From: Sandaracinaceae bacterium
GTDB lineage: Bacteria; Myxococcota_A; Polyangia; Polyangiales; Sandaracinaceae
Assembly: GCA_044220955.1 (NCBI GenBank)
Contig: JBGAQA010000119.1
Span: 1-18,182, forward strand
Direction of reading: 5' to 3'
DNA: 18,182 nt
The notes beneath the pieces were generated by a model. It was not told the DNA's origin and did no database searches. It saw only the letters and a list, made by a program, of their open reading frames with translations. Shown here piece by piece: positions 1-7,853 of this stretch (the stretch's first letter is position 1; each line of letters starts with the position of its first letter). The translations under genes and the position numbers were made by a program.

Positions 1-79
1 AGGGGGGGGGGCCCTCGCGGGCCGCTACGCCCCGGGGGGGCGGGTTGGGGGCCCCCCCCGCCGGCTCGGCGGGTGGGGG

Positions 80-102
80 GCGAGGGCCGCCCAGGCCCTC
101 GC
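80..102. terminator. GC-rich hairpin just downstream of the polyprenyl synthase stop; possible terminator or REP-like stem
   Basis: GCGAGGGCC (80-88) pairs with GGCCCTCGC (94-102) around a 5-nt loop, 6 nt beyond the minus-strand TGA at 109-111. There is no U-tract. Confidence 0.35.
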
Positions 103-108
103 GGAAGA

Positions 109-1197
109 TCAGCTCCTCCGGAAAGTCAGCGCGCCGGCGAGCTCGGCGAGCATCGAGACGCCCGGCTCGGCGAGCACGCCGCCCTCGAGCGCGGCACACG
201 CGTCGTCGAGGAGGGTCTCGAGACGCGCCTCGACGCGCGCGCGGACGCCCGTCGTGATCAGAGCGCGTCGCGCGGCCTCGATCTCCGCGTCGCTGGCCGC
301 CCGGCCCAGCACGCGGAGGACCGGCCCGCGCTCGCCCTCGGGGACGCTCTCTTCGAGCTCACGCAGGAGCGCCGTCCGCTTGCCGACGCGCAGATCGCCG
401 CCGGTCGTCTTGCCCATCTCGCGCGCGTCGCCGAACGTGCCGAGCAGATCGTCCCGGATCTGGAACGCCTCGCCGAGCGGGCTGCCGAAGCGCTCGAGCG
501 CGCGCAGCTGCGGCTCGCTCGCGCCCCCGAGCAGGGCACCGAGGCGCAGCGGGCCCGCGACCGTGTAGCTTCCGGTCTTGAGGCGCTGCATGCGCGAGAC
601 GTCGGTCGAGCCCACGAGGTCCATCTCCTGACCGAGCACGACCTCCTGGTGGATGCGCGCGAACGTCTGCGTCACCTCGTGCCCGCGCGGCGAGCACCAG
701 GCCGCGTCGAGCATGAGCTCCCACGCGAGCGCCGAGCCCAGATCGCCCGCGAGGATCGCCAGCGCGTCGCCGTTCTGGCCCTCGGTCTCGCGAAGCCGTG
801 CGTGTACGGAGGGACCGCCGCGACGGTGCAGGTCGCCGTCCATCCAGTCGTCGTGGATGAGGAGGTAGCTCTGCAGCAGCTCGAGCGACGCGCACGCCGA
901 GAGGACGTCCCGCACGCTACCCGAGGGCCGGACGGCCGAGAGCGCCGCCACGAGCACGGCCGGTCGGAGCCGCTTGCCGCCGCGCGTGGTCAGCTCCGCG
1001 AGCGCGTCGAGCAGCACCGAGTCTCGCTCGCCGCGCCCGAGCAGGCGCCGGGCGTGCGCGCGCCGCTCGTCGAAGAAACGCGCGAGGTACGCGTCGACCT
1101 CGGTGCGCACCTCGTCGAGCCAGCCGGCAGGAGCCTCCCCCTCGATCGACGGACGTCGCCCCGCCTCGGCATCCAGCGCGCTCGCTTCCTGCGCCAT
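109..1197 (-). CDS. Short-chain polyprenyl diphosphate synthase (GGPP/FPP synthase, IdsA/CrtE-like)
   Basis: Motifs GGKRLRP, FARM SYLLIHDDWMDGDLHRRGG, GQEMD, KTGSY, SARM AFQIRDDLLG and GKTTGGDLRVGKRT. Start trimmed to the ATG at 1197 because the longer ORF runs into fni. Confidence 0.93.
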   Translation of the reverse strand: MAQEASALDAEAGRRPSIEGEAPAGWLDEVRTEVDAYLARFFDERRAHARRLLGRGERDSVLLDALAELTTRGGKRLRPAVLVAALSAVRPSGSVRDVLSACASLELLQSYLLIHDDWMDGDLHRRGGPSVHARLRETEGQNGDALAILAGDLGSALAWELMLDAAWCSPRGHEVTQTFARIHQEVVLGQEMDLVGSTDVSRMQRLKTGSYTVAGPLRLGALLGGASEPQLRALERFGSPLGEAFQIRDDLLGTFGDAREMGKTTGGDLRVGKRTALLRELEESVPEGERGPVLRVLGRAASDAEIEAARRALITTGVRARVEARLETLLDDACAALEGGVLAEPGVSMLAELAGALTFRRS

Positions 1198-1285
1198 CTC
1201 CGTGCCGAGGTTGGGATGCTCGCGAAAACCGGTCAAGGGGTCCCGGGGGCGAGTCGAGCGATTCGTGGGACACTGCCCTCGCGCG

Positions 1286-2347
1286 ATGACCGACGACGAC
1301 ATCATCCGTCGCAAGGACGAGCACCTCGCGCTGGCCGCGACCGATGCCGTCGCGTTCCGCGCGCGGACGACGCTCTTCGAGGAGGTCGCGCTCGTGCACG
1401 CCGCGCTCCCCGAGGTGGCGCTCGCGAAGATCGACCTCGGGACGCGCCTGTTCGGCAAGCGCCTGCGCGCGCCGCTCGTGATCGCGTCGATGACGGGCGG
1501 CACGCCGCGGGCCGGCGAGGTCAACCGGGCGCTCGCCGCGCTCGCCGAGGAGCGAGGCCTCGCCTTCGCGCTCGGCAGCCAGCGGGCGATGCAGAAGCGC
1601 CCCGAGAGCAGCCCTTCGTTCCGCGTGCGCGACGTCGCCAAGACGACGCTGGTGATCGGCAACCTCGGCGTGATCGCAGCGCGCGATCAGTCGAGCGCAC
1701 GGATCGAGGCGCTCGTCCGCGAGGCGGAGGCGGACGCGCTCTTCTTGCACATGAACCCCGCGCAGGAGCTCATCCAGCCGGGCGGCGACCGCGACTTCGA
1801 GGGCGGGCTCGACACCTTCGCGCGCCTCGTACGCGAGCTGCCGTTCCCGGTCGCCGCGAAGGAGACCGGGTGCGGCGTGAGCGGCGCGGTCGCGCGGGCC
1901 CTGCGCAACGTCGGCGTGAGGGTCGTCGACGTGTCGGGGGCGGGAGGGACGTCCTGGGTCGGCGTCGAGACGCTCCGCGCGGCCGGGATCGACGAGGACG
2001 CGCGCGCGCTCGGCGAGCTGCTCTGGGACTGGGGCATCCCGACGGCCGCGTCGGTCGCGCTCGTGGCGCGCGAGGGCCTGACGCCGATCGCGACGGGCGG
2101 AATCACGACGGGTCTCGACGTCGCGCGCGCCATCGCGCTCGGCGCCCAGGCCGCCGGCATGGCCCGCCCGATCCTCGCGGCGTACGAGCGCGGGGGGGCC
2201 TCGGAGGCAGGTCGCGTCCTGGACCGTGTCGAGCGCGAGCTGCGCGCGGTGATGACGCTGGTCGGCGCGAAGGACCTCGACGCGCTCCGGAGCACGCCGC
2301 GCGTCATCGGTCCGGAGCTCGCGCGCTGGCTCGAGCCCTCCCGCTGA
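1286..2347 (+). CDS. fni: Type 2 (FMN-dependent) isopentenyl-diphosphate delta-isomerase
   Basis: Motifs RKDEH, SMTGG, GSQR, HMNPAQELIQPGGDRDF, KETGCG, DVSGAGGTSW, WGIPT and ATGGI. ATG at 1286 gives 353 aa. Confidence 0.96.
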   Translation: MTDDDIIRRKDEHLALAATDAVAFRARTTLFEEVALVHAALPEVALAKIDLGTRLFGKRLRAPLVIASMTGGTPRAGEVNRALAALAEERGLAFALGSQRAMQKRPESSPSFRVRDVAKTTLVIGNLGVIAARDQSSARIEALVREAEADALFLHMNPAQELIQPGGDRDFEGGLDTFARLVRELPFPVAAKETGCGVSGAVARALRNVGVRVVDVSGAGGTSWVGVETLRAAGIDEDARALGELLWDWGIPTAASVALVAREGLTPIATGGITTGLDVARAIALGAQAAGMARPILAAYERGGASEAGRVLDRVERELRAVMTLVGAKDLDALRSTPRVIGPELARWLEPSR

Positions 2348-2365
2348 GGCCCCGAACGAATCGCT

Positions 2366-2947
2366 TCAGGAGGGGACCGCGAGCGCCGACGCGAGCAGCG
2401 CGAAGATCGCCGCGTCGATCGGCCGCGTCACCGGTCGCCCCGGGCCCGCACCGAATCCGGCCGTGAGCAGCGCGAGCGTCCCCAGCACGACGAAGACCGA
2501 CGCGAGCGCCTCCGGCCGCGCACCGAGCGTGATGAGGGGTCGGCAGGCACGGGCGGCCACCGCCACGATCACCACGGAGCCGAGCCGCCGGACCAGGACG
2601 CTCGAGGGAACGCGCAGCGTGCGGAAGTGCTCCTGCAGTCGACGACGCTGTACGAGATCCACCGTCACGAGCTCGATGGCGACGGCCAGCCCGATCGCGA
2701 GCAGCGGCCCCGAGGCGGCCGGCGCGAGGTGCACCGGGAGCGCAGCGGCGCCGAGCGCGACGTGCGCTGCGACGAACGAGCGCCGCACCGAGCGAGGCGC
2801 GACGAGGTGCGCGAGAAGCGCCGCAGCGAGCGCGAGCCCGATCGCGAGATCGAGCTCCGCCTCCGTCCCGAGAGTGGCAAGCCGCACGCCGAGCGCGATC
2901 TCCAGCAGGAGGCGGCCGATCCCCACGCGCAGCACGTCGCGTCGCAC
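2366..2947 (-). CDS. Hypothetical multi-pass membrane protein (about 5-6 hydrophobic segments)
   Basis: Strong G/C bias at codon position 3, Leu/Ala/Val-rich segments, and it fills the gap between fni and the next operon. The GTG start is uncertain. Confidence 0.6.
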   Translation of the reverse strand: MRRDVLRVGIGRLLLEIALGVRLATLGTEAELDLAIGLALAAALLAHLVAPRSVRRSFVAAHVALGAAALPVHLAPAASGPLLAIGLAVAIELVTVDLVQRRRLQEHFRTLRVPSSVLVRRLGSVVIVAVAARACRPLITLGARPEALASVFVVLGTLALLTAGFGAGPGRPVTRPIDAAIFALLASALAVPS

Positions 2948-3025
2948 GCGCCGAAGCTACACGCGGCGGCTTTCGAGCGCCCGAAGCTGTAGTAAGGTGC
3001 CCGCCGCGTCCCACGCGAGCTCGTA

Positions 3026-4117
3026 GTGAAGAGCCGACCCAACAAGCCTCCGACCGACCGACCGCCGGCGCGGGTCGCCGCGCGTCCGTCCCGCAGCCGT
3101 GGCTCGCGGCTGCCTCCGCCCAGCGCGCCGATCGTGCTCCTCGGGCCGCAGCGCTTCGACCCGACGCTGGGCGCCGCCGCGGCGGCCGTCGGCATCGAGG
3201 GCAAGATCGCCACCATCACCGCCGGCTGGCAGGAACGCGAGAGTGACGACGCGGATCTGCACGAGCACCTGCACAAGCAGACGGTGAACCTGCGCCTCTA
3301 CGAGCGCGCCGATCGCGTGTGGAAGGCGGACACGGAGCTGCGTGAAGCACATCGCGCCCGGCAAGAGCGGATGCGCCTCAAGCAGGACTTCTACCGGATC
3401 CGGCTCGAGCACGAGCTCGACGCCGCGCACGTGATCGAGCAGCGCAAGGCGCCGGCCGACGTGCTCGAGGAAGAGCGCACCGCGTCGATCCAGGCCATCC
3501 GCGACCTCGACGCGTTCCACCTCGCCACGTGCACGCGCGAGAAGCGCGAGTGGAACGAGAAGTGGCGCCCGCTCGAGCGCGACGAGGTCCGGCGCGAGCG
3601 CGACGACATCGCGAAGATCCTCGACGACGGGGTCGCCGCGGTCGCGATCGCAGGCGGACACGTCGCCACGCTGCTCAACCGCCTCGAGCTCTTCGGCATG
3701 GAGGAGCTGCTCAAGGGTCGGCCCCTGCTGGCGTGGTCCGCGGGCGCGATGGCCATCAGCGAGCGCGTCGTGCTCTTCCACGACAGCCCTCCGCAGGGCC
3801 CGGGGGCCGCCGAGATCCTGGACCGCGGCCTCTGCCTCGTCCCCGACGTCGTGCCCCTACCGGCACCCGAGCAGCGGGTTCGCCTCGAGGACCGTGAGCG
3901 CGTCACGCGTTTCGCCCGGCGCTTCGGTCCCGCGCTCGCGCTCGCGCTGCCGGCCTGCGCGCACATCACCTACAACGGGCTCGCGTTCGTGCGGCCGCAC
4001 AAGGTCCTGCGCCTGCACGGGGACGGTTCCGTCGAGCGCCTCGGCTGGCCCGACGCGCCCGTCACCGAGAGCACGGAATTCTCGGCGTCCGAGCTCGAGG
4101 ACGGGATGCTGCGTTGA
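3026..4117 (+). CDS. Peptidase S51 / type 1 glutamine amidotransferase-like protein with a helical insertion
   Basis: Motifs IATITAGWQERE, AIAGGHVATLLNRL, nucleophile elbow LLAWSAGAMA and GLCLVP. A charged helical stretch covers about aa 85-200. The start is uncertain because the N-terminus is low-complexity. Confidence 0.8.
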   Translation: MKSRPNKPPTDRPPARVAARPSRSRGSRLPPPSAPIVLLGPQRFDPTLGAAAAAVGIEGKIATITAGWQERESDDADLHEHLHKQTVNLRLYERADRVWKADTELREAHRARQERMRLKQDFYRIRLEHELDAAHVIEQRKAPADVLEEERTASIQAIRDLDAFHLATCTREKREWNEKWRPLERDEVRRERDDIAKILDDGVAAVAIAGGHVATLLNRLELFGMEELLKGRPLLAWSAGAMAISERVVLFHDSPPQGPGAAEILDRGLCLVPDVVPLPAPEQRVRLEDRERVTRFARRFGPALALALPACAHITYNGLAFVRPHKVLRLHGDGSVERLGWPDAPVTESTEFSASELEDGMLR

Positions 4118-4133
4118 ACGAGGTGTGCGGCTG

Positions 4134-5270
4134 ATGCGTCTGTCGATCGAAGAGCTCGTGGCGAACGCGCCGAACGGCGAGAAGGTCAGCGCGTTCCTCG
4201 CGAGCCACAGGTTCCCCCTCATCGAGGGCGGTAGCTGCACGTTCGTGTTCCGCGGCGAGGCGGACGCCGTGAACGTGCGCCACTGGATCTACGGCCTCGA
4301 GGCCAGCAACATCTGCGCGCGCGTCCCGAGCACGGACCTCTGGTACCTCTCGCTCGACATCCCGCCGAAGTCGCGCGTCGAGTACAAGCTCGAGATCATC
4401 CGGCAGGGCGCGAGCCACTGGATCGAGGATCCGCTCAACCCGTACCGCGCCCGCGATCCCTTCGGAGCAAACTCGGTCGTCTACGGCGAGGGCTACACGG
4501 TGCCCGAGTGGACGCGGCACGATCCGCTCTCGCGCCAAGGGCGCCTCGAGGCGGTGAAGTTCAACAGCCGCGCGCTCGGCCGCGAGACGCACGGGCACGT
4601 CTATCTCCCGGCGCGCTTCCGCAAGACGCGGCTCTATCCGCTGCTCGTCGTGCACGACGGCAAGGACTACCTGAACTACGCGGGCATGAAGAACGTGCTC
4701 GACAACCTGATCCACCGGCTCGAGGTCCCGGACATGATCGTCGTGTTCACGGACTCGAACGATCGGCTGCGCGAGTACGCGGACGACGAGCGCCACGCGA
4801 AGTTCCTCACCGAGGAGCTGATCCCGGACCTGACGCGGCGGCTGCCCATCCTCGATCGGCCCCAGGCGCGCTGCCTGATGGGCGCGAGCTTCGGCGGCGT
4901 CGCGTCGCTCAGCGCGGCCTACCGCTACCCCGGCTTCTACGGCCGCCTGCTCCTGCAGTCGGGCAGCTTCGCGTTCACCGACATCGGGCGCCGCAACCGG
5001 CGCGGCCCGCTCTTCGATCGCGTCGTCGAGTTCATGAACAACTTCCGCGAGAAGCCCGCCGCGATCAGCGAGCGCGTGTTCGTGAGCTGCGGCGTGTACG
5101 AGTCCTTGATCTACGAGAACCGCTCGCTCGTACCGCTGCTCGACGCGACGGGCATGCAGGTGAAGTTCGTCGAGGCCCGCGACGGCCACAACTGGGAGAA
5201 CTGGCGCGACCGACTCCGCGAGGGGATGAGCTGGCTCTTCCCGGGGCCGCTCATGATGGTCTACGAGTAG
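4134..5270 (+). CDS. Enterochelin-esterase-like alpha/beta hydrolase with an N-terminal Ig-like (CBM48/E-set-like) domain
   Basis: N-terminal FVFRG..LWYLSLDIP..RVEYK..DPLNP, then VYLP, YPLLVVHDG, nucleophile GASFGG and GHNW. RBS GAGGTG at 4120-4125. Confidence 0.88.
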   Translation: MRLSIEELVANAPNGEKVSAFLASHRFPLIEGGSCTFVFRGEADAVNVRHWIYGLEASNICARVPSTDLWYLSLDIPPKSRVEYKLEIIRQGASHWIEDPLNPYRARDPFGANSVVYGEGYTVPEWTRHDPLSRQGRLEAVKFNSRALGRETHGHVYLPARFRKTRLYPLLVVHDGKDYLNYAGMKNVLDNLIHRLEVPDMIVVFTDSNDRLREYADDERHAKFLTEELIPDLTRRLPILDRPQARCLMGASFGGVASLSAAYRYPGFYGRLLLQSGSFAFTDIGRRNRRGPLFDRVVEFMNNFREKPAAISERVFVSCGVYESLIYENRSLVPLLDATGMQVKFVEARDGHNWENWRDRLREGMSWLFPGPLMMVYE

Positions 5271-5296
5271 CGGGCGTTTTCTGATACGAAACACGC

Positions 5297-6577
5297 ATGG
5301 GTGACGTCACTCGCAACATCGGCCTCTCGCTCGGCGCCGACATCTGCTGGCCGCTCTGTTACGAGCACCTCATGCGCAAGCTCGACCTGCGCATCCCGCT
5401 CACGGCGATAGGCGGGGGCGGCGGCGACGGCGACTCGGTCAGGTTCCAGGTCGAGCGTGTCTCGATCGAGCCCTTCGATCTGCGTCAGCCCGTGAAGTAC
5501 GACGTCGTGATCGACCGGCTCACGCACTGGTATCACACGAGCCGCGAGTGGATAAAGAAGGGCGTTCTCATGAACGACCTCTACGTGTTCAACAACCCGT
5601 GGAGCGTGCAGTCCATGGAGAAGCACACGTCGTACTGCGCGATGATGGAGCTCGGCATGCCCATCCCGGAGACGTGGATGGTGCCGCCCAAGGAGTACGA
5701 GCCCGGCAACCCCGACCTCAAGCCGACGCTCGGCAAGTACGCCAAGCTCTTCGACCTCGGCAAGATCGGCGCCAAGCTCGGCTACCCCGTCTTCATGAAG
5801 CCCTACGACGGCGGCGGCTGGCGCGCCGTCACGAAGGCCGACGACGAGAAGCAGCTCTGGAAGACGTACGAGGACAGCGGCAAGGCCGTCATGCACGTGC
5901 AGGCCGCGGTCGCGAACTACGACCGCTTCGTGCGCTGCATCGGCTTCGGCCCGCAGACGTACACGGTCCTCTACGATCCGAGCGCGCCGCTGCACGACCG
6001 CTACACGACGCCCGGCCTCAACGCGCCCAAGCAGTTCATCAGCAAGGAAGAGGAGGAGCACCTCCGCCGCATCACGCTGACGATCAACAGCTTCTTCGGC
6101 TGGGAGTTCAACAGCTGCGAGTCGCTGCGCAAGGACGGCGTCTGGTACCCGATCGACTACGCCAACCCCTGCCCCGACTCTCAGGTGACCTCGCTCCACT
6201 ACCACTTCCCCTGGCTCGTGAAGGCCTACATCCGCTGGTCGGTCTTCTGCGCGGCGACCCAGCGCAAGATGCGCCGTACGCTCGACTGGGACCCCTACTA
6301 CGCGATCGCCGCCCAGCAGGGCATGAGCTTCGAGGAGAAGCTGGCCGCCTACGGGCGCATCGCCGACCAGCGCTTCGAGACGGAGCGCTTCGAGGAGTTC
6401 TGTCAGCGGCACCTGCCGCACCTCGACGAGGTCGCGTGGGAGTTCTTCGCGACGCCGGACGCGAAGGACGCCGTCCGCCAGAAGGTGACCGCGCTCTTCC
6501 CCGCGCACGAGGTGGAGAAGTTCACCGAGCTCTTCTGGGAGCGCGTCCAGCGCTGGCGCGCCGATCAGAGGGCCTGA
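5297..6577 (+). CDS. Stand-alone ATP-grasp protein (RimK/GshB-like amidoligase superfamily)
   Basis: Motifs VIDRLTH, VFNNP, EKH, GMPIPET, YPVFMKPYDGGGWRAV, VQAAV and NSCE...YPIDYANPCPD. Codon usage is strongly biased. Confidence 0.88.
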   Translation: MGDVTRNIGLSLGADICWPLCYEHLMRKLDLRIPLTAIGGGGGDGDSVRFQVERVSIEPFDLRQPVKYDVVIDRLTHWYHTSREWIKKGVLMNDLYVFNNPWSVQSMEKHTSYCAMMELGMPIPETWMVPPKEYEPGNPDLKPTLGKYAKLFDLGKIGAKLGYPVFMKPYDGGGWRAVTKADDEKQLWKTYEDSGKAVMHVQAAVANYDRFVRCIGFGPQTYTVLYDPSAPLHDRYTTPGLNAPKQFISKEEEEHLRRITLTINSFFGWEFNSCESLRKDGVWYPIDYANPCPDSQVTSLHYHFPWLVKAYIRWSVFCAATQRKMRRTLDWDPYYAIAAQQGMSFEEKLAAYGRIADQRFETERFEEFCQRHLPHLDEVAWEFFATPDAKDAVRQKVTALFPAHEVEKFTELFWERVQRWRADQRA

Positions 6578-7197
6578 GCCTCGGCCGGCTCGGCCGCCCC
6601 GCGGGTCGGCATCACGATCTCCCCGCCGCTCAGCACCTCGAAGAGCGCGTCGATCTCCGCGATGCGCGCCTCGCGATCGAGGTCGGTCTCGCCGGTCAGC
6701 GTGATCTCGACGAGCAGGCGCCGCCGCTCGAAGTAGAGCCGCACGATCTCGGCGACGAGCTCGAGCCGCCGCTCCGCCGCCGCGCGGCTCTCGCGCAGGA
6801 GCGAGCGCTCGTCCTGCGCATAGAGCAGCCGGTCGAGCCGGAAGGTCAGCTGCCCGATGAAGGCCAGATCCTGCGAGCCCGTGAGGCTGCTGGTCCCCGT
6901 GGTGTCGCTCTGCCGCGTGAGGAAGTCGTAGCCCGTCCCCTGACGCAGGCCCGCGCGCACCATCGGCAAGAGGCCCGCGAGGCGCGCGCGCTCCATCGCG
7001 CCTTGCGCGCGCGACGGATCGATGTCGCTGTGGCGCAGCACGGCGGCGACGACGTCGCGCACGTCGGGCTCGTCGTGCTGGTCGGCAAGCGCCGCGCGCA
7101 CGTCCGCGGCCGAGGCCTCCTGGGCGCGCGCTCCCGCGGACGGCGCCAGCGACGAGAGCAGGAGCAACGACGCGCCCAGCGCGCGCGCGAGGCTCAC
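6565..7197 (-). CDS. Exported hypothetical protein resembling a single TolC/OEP repeat
   Basis: Signal peptide ending ARA|Q. GTG start overlaps the upstream TGA (GTGA). Pattern is helix, LLP plus beta strand, loop, amphipathic strand (LAFIGQLTFRL), then long helices with VRLYFERRRL. Overlaps the ATP-grasp gene end by 13 bp. Confidence 0.7.
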   Translation of the reverse strand: MSLARALGASLLLLSSLAPSAGARAQEASAADVRAALADQHDEPDVRDVVAAVLRHSDIDPSRAQGAMERARLAGLLPMVRAGLRQGTGYDFLTRQSDTTGTSSLTGSQDLAFIGQLTFRLDRLLYAQDERSLLRESRAAAERRLELVAEIVRLYFERRRLLVEITLTGETDLDREARIAEIDALFEVLSGGEIVMPTRGAAEPAEAQAL

Positions 7198-7535
7198 GGC
7201 GCCCTCCCGTCCAGCCACTCGTCCTCCGCGAGCTCGGCCAGCGTCCCGGCCCGCGCACGCGCCTCCCACCGGCACGCCTCCGCGACCGAGCAGGGCGCGC
7301 TCGCCGAGGCCAGCCGGAGCCGCCCGCTCGGCTCGGCGGCGGGCCGCCGCCGGCCTGCCGGGCGCTCGAGCGGCGAGGAGAGGGTCACGAACCCCGCCGC
7401 GCCCAGGTGCCCCTCGTGCGTCCGGATCGCCACCCCCACGCTCGCCCGCGGCAGGAGCCAGGCGAGCTCACGCGCCGTGCAGCCGCTCGCGGGAGCGAGC
7501 AGCGCGAGTCCCAGGAACAGGAGCGTCTGTCGCAT
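7194..7535 (-). CDS. Small putative lipoprotein (113 aa)
   Basis: GGAGGAG RBS before the ATG at 7535, signal peptide MRQTLLFLGLALLAPASGC, and a stop coupled to the next start. Hidden inside ORF 7194..8948. Confidence 0.7.
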   Translation of the reverse strand: MRQTLLFLGLALLAPASGCTARELAWLLPRASVGVAIRTHEGHLGAAGFVTLSSPLERPAGRRRPAAEPSGRLRLASASAPCSVAEACRWEARARAGTLAELAEDEWLDGRAP

Positions 7536-7725
7536 CGTCTCCTCCGGTGGCGGAGCGGAGCACGGCCCGATCCGGCGGCGTGGGCCGGGTTTCTCGCGGG
7601 ATCGTGGCCGCGACTGGCGGGGGTGGCGGCGGGCCGCCGCCGCTCCCCCCCTTGCGCTCGGCCGCCGATCGCGTCCAACATGGGGGTTCTCGTCGGGGGG
7701 TGCGCGCCTTTTTCCAGGGGCGCTC

Positions 7726-7750
7726 GATCTCCGGTGGGTGGTGGCGCGTA
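7726..7750 (+). promoter_or_regulatory. Candidate ECF sigma promoter for the DUF4331 operon
   Basis: GATC (7726-7729), 17-nt spacer, CGTA (7747-7750), about 100 bp upstream of the start at 7854. It resembles (T)GATCC...CGTA ECF promoters. Confidence 0.4.
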
Positions 7751-7853
7751 GTGGATACGGCCACGGGTCAGGTCGGCTCGCCTCCGGAGGGCGGCCCGGC
7801 GGGGCTCGAAGAGGAGCGCAATGGGTGCGCACCTCGAGGGAGGACAGAGAATA

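Noticed and set aside
1..79. G/C homopolymer runs suggesting a G-quadruplex or repeat
   Set aside because: They sit at the window edge and look like low-quality or contig-end sequence. Cannot be trusted without reads.
83..94. AGGGCCGCCCAG shared with 11612-11623
   Set aside because: A 12-bp GC-rich match is plausible by chance and the flanks do not align.
73..2466. 797-aa plus-strand ORF and other long Arg/Ala/Pro-rich ORFs (e.g. 5548..7854, 5261..7258, 8641..10365, 12025..13860)
   Set aside because: These are shadow or alternate frames of well-supported genes, expected in high-GC DNA, and have no motifs.
3860..3868. Frameshift hiding a Pro-His motif (CCGGCACCC)
   Set aside because: The downstream frame stays open with normal codon bias to a stop just before the next RBS, so a substitution is more parsimonious.
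3026..6577. Cyanophycin cphA/cphB locus
   Set aside because: The ATP-grasp is about half the size of CphA with no Mur-ligase domain, and the S51 protein lacks the CphB DQHF motif.
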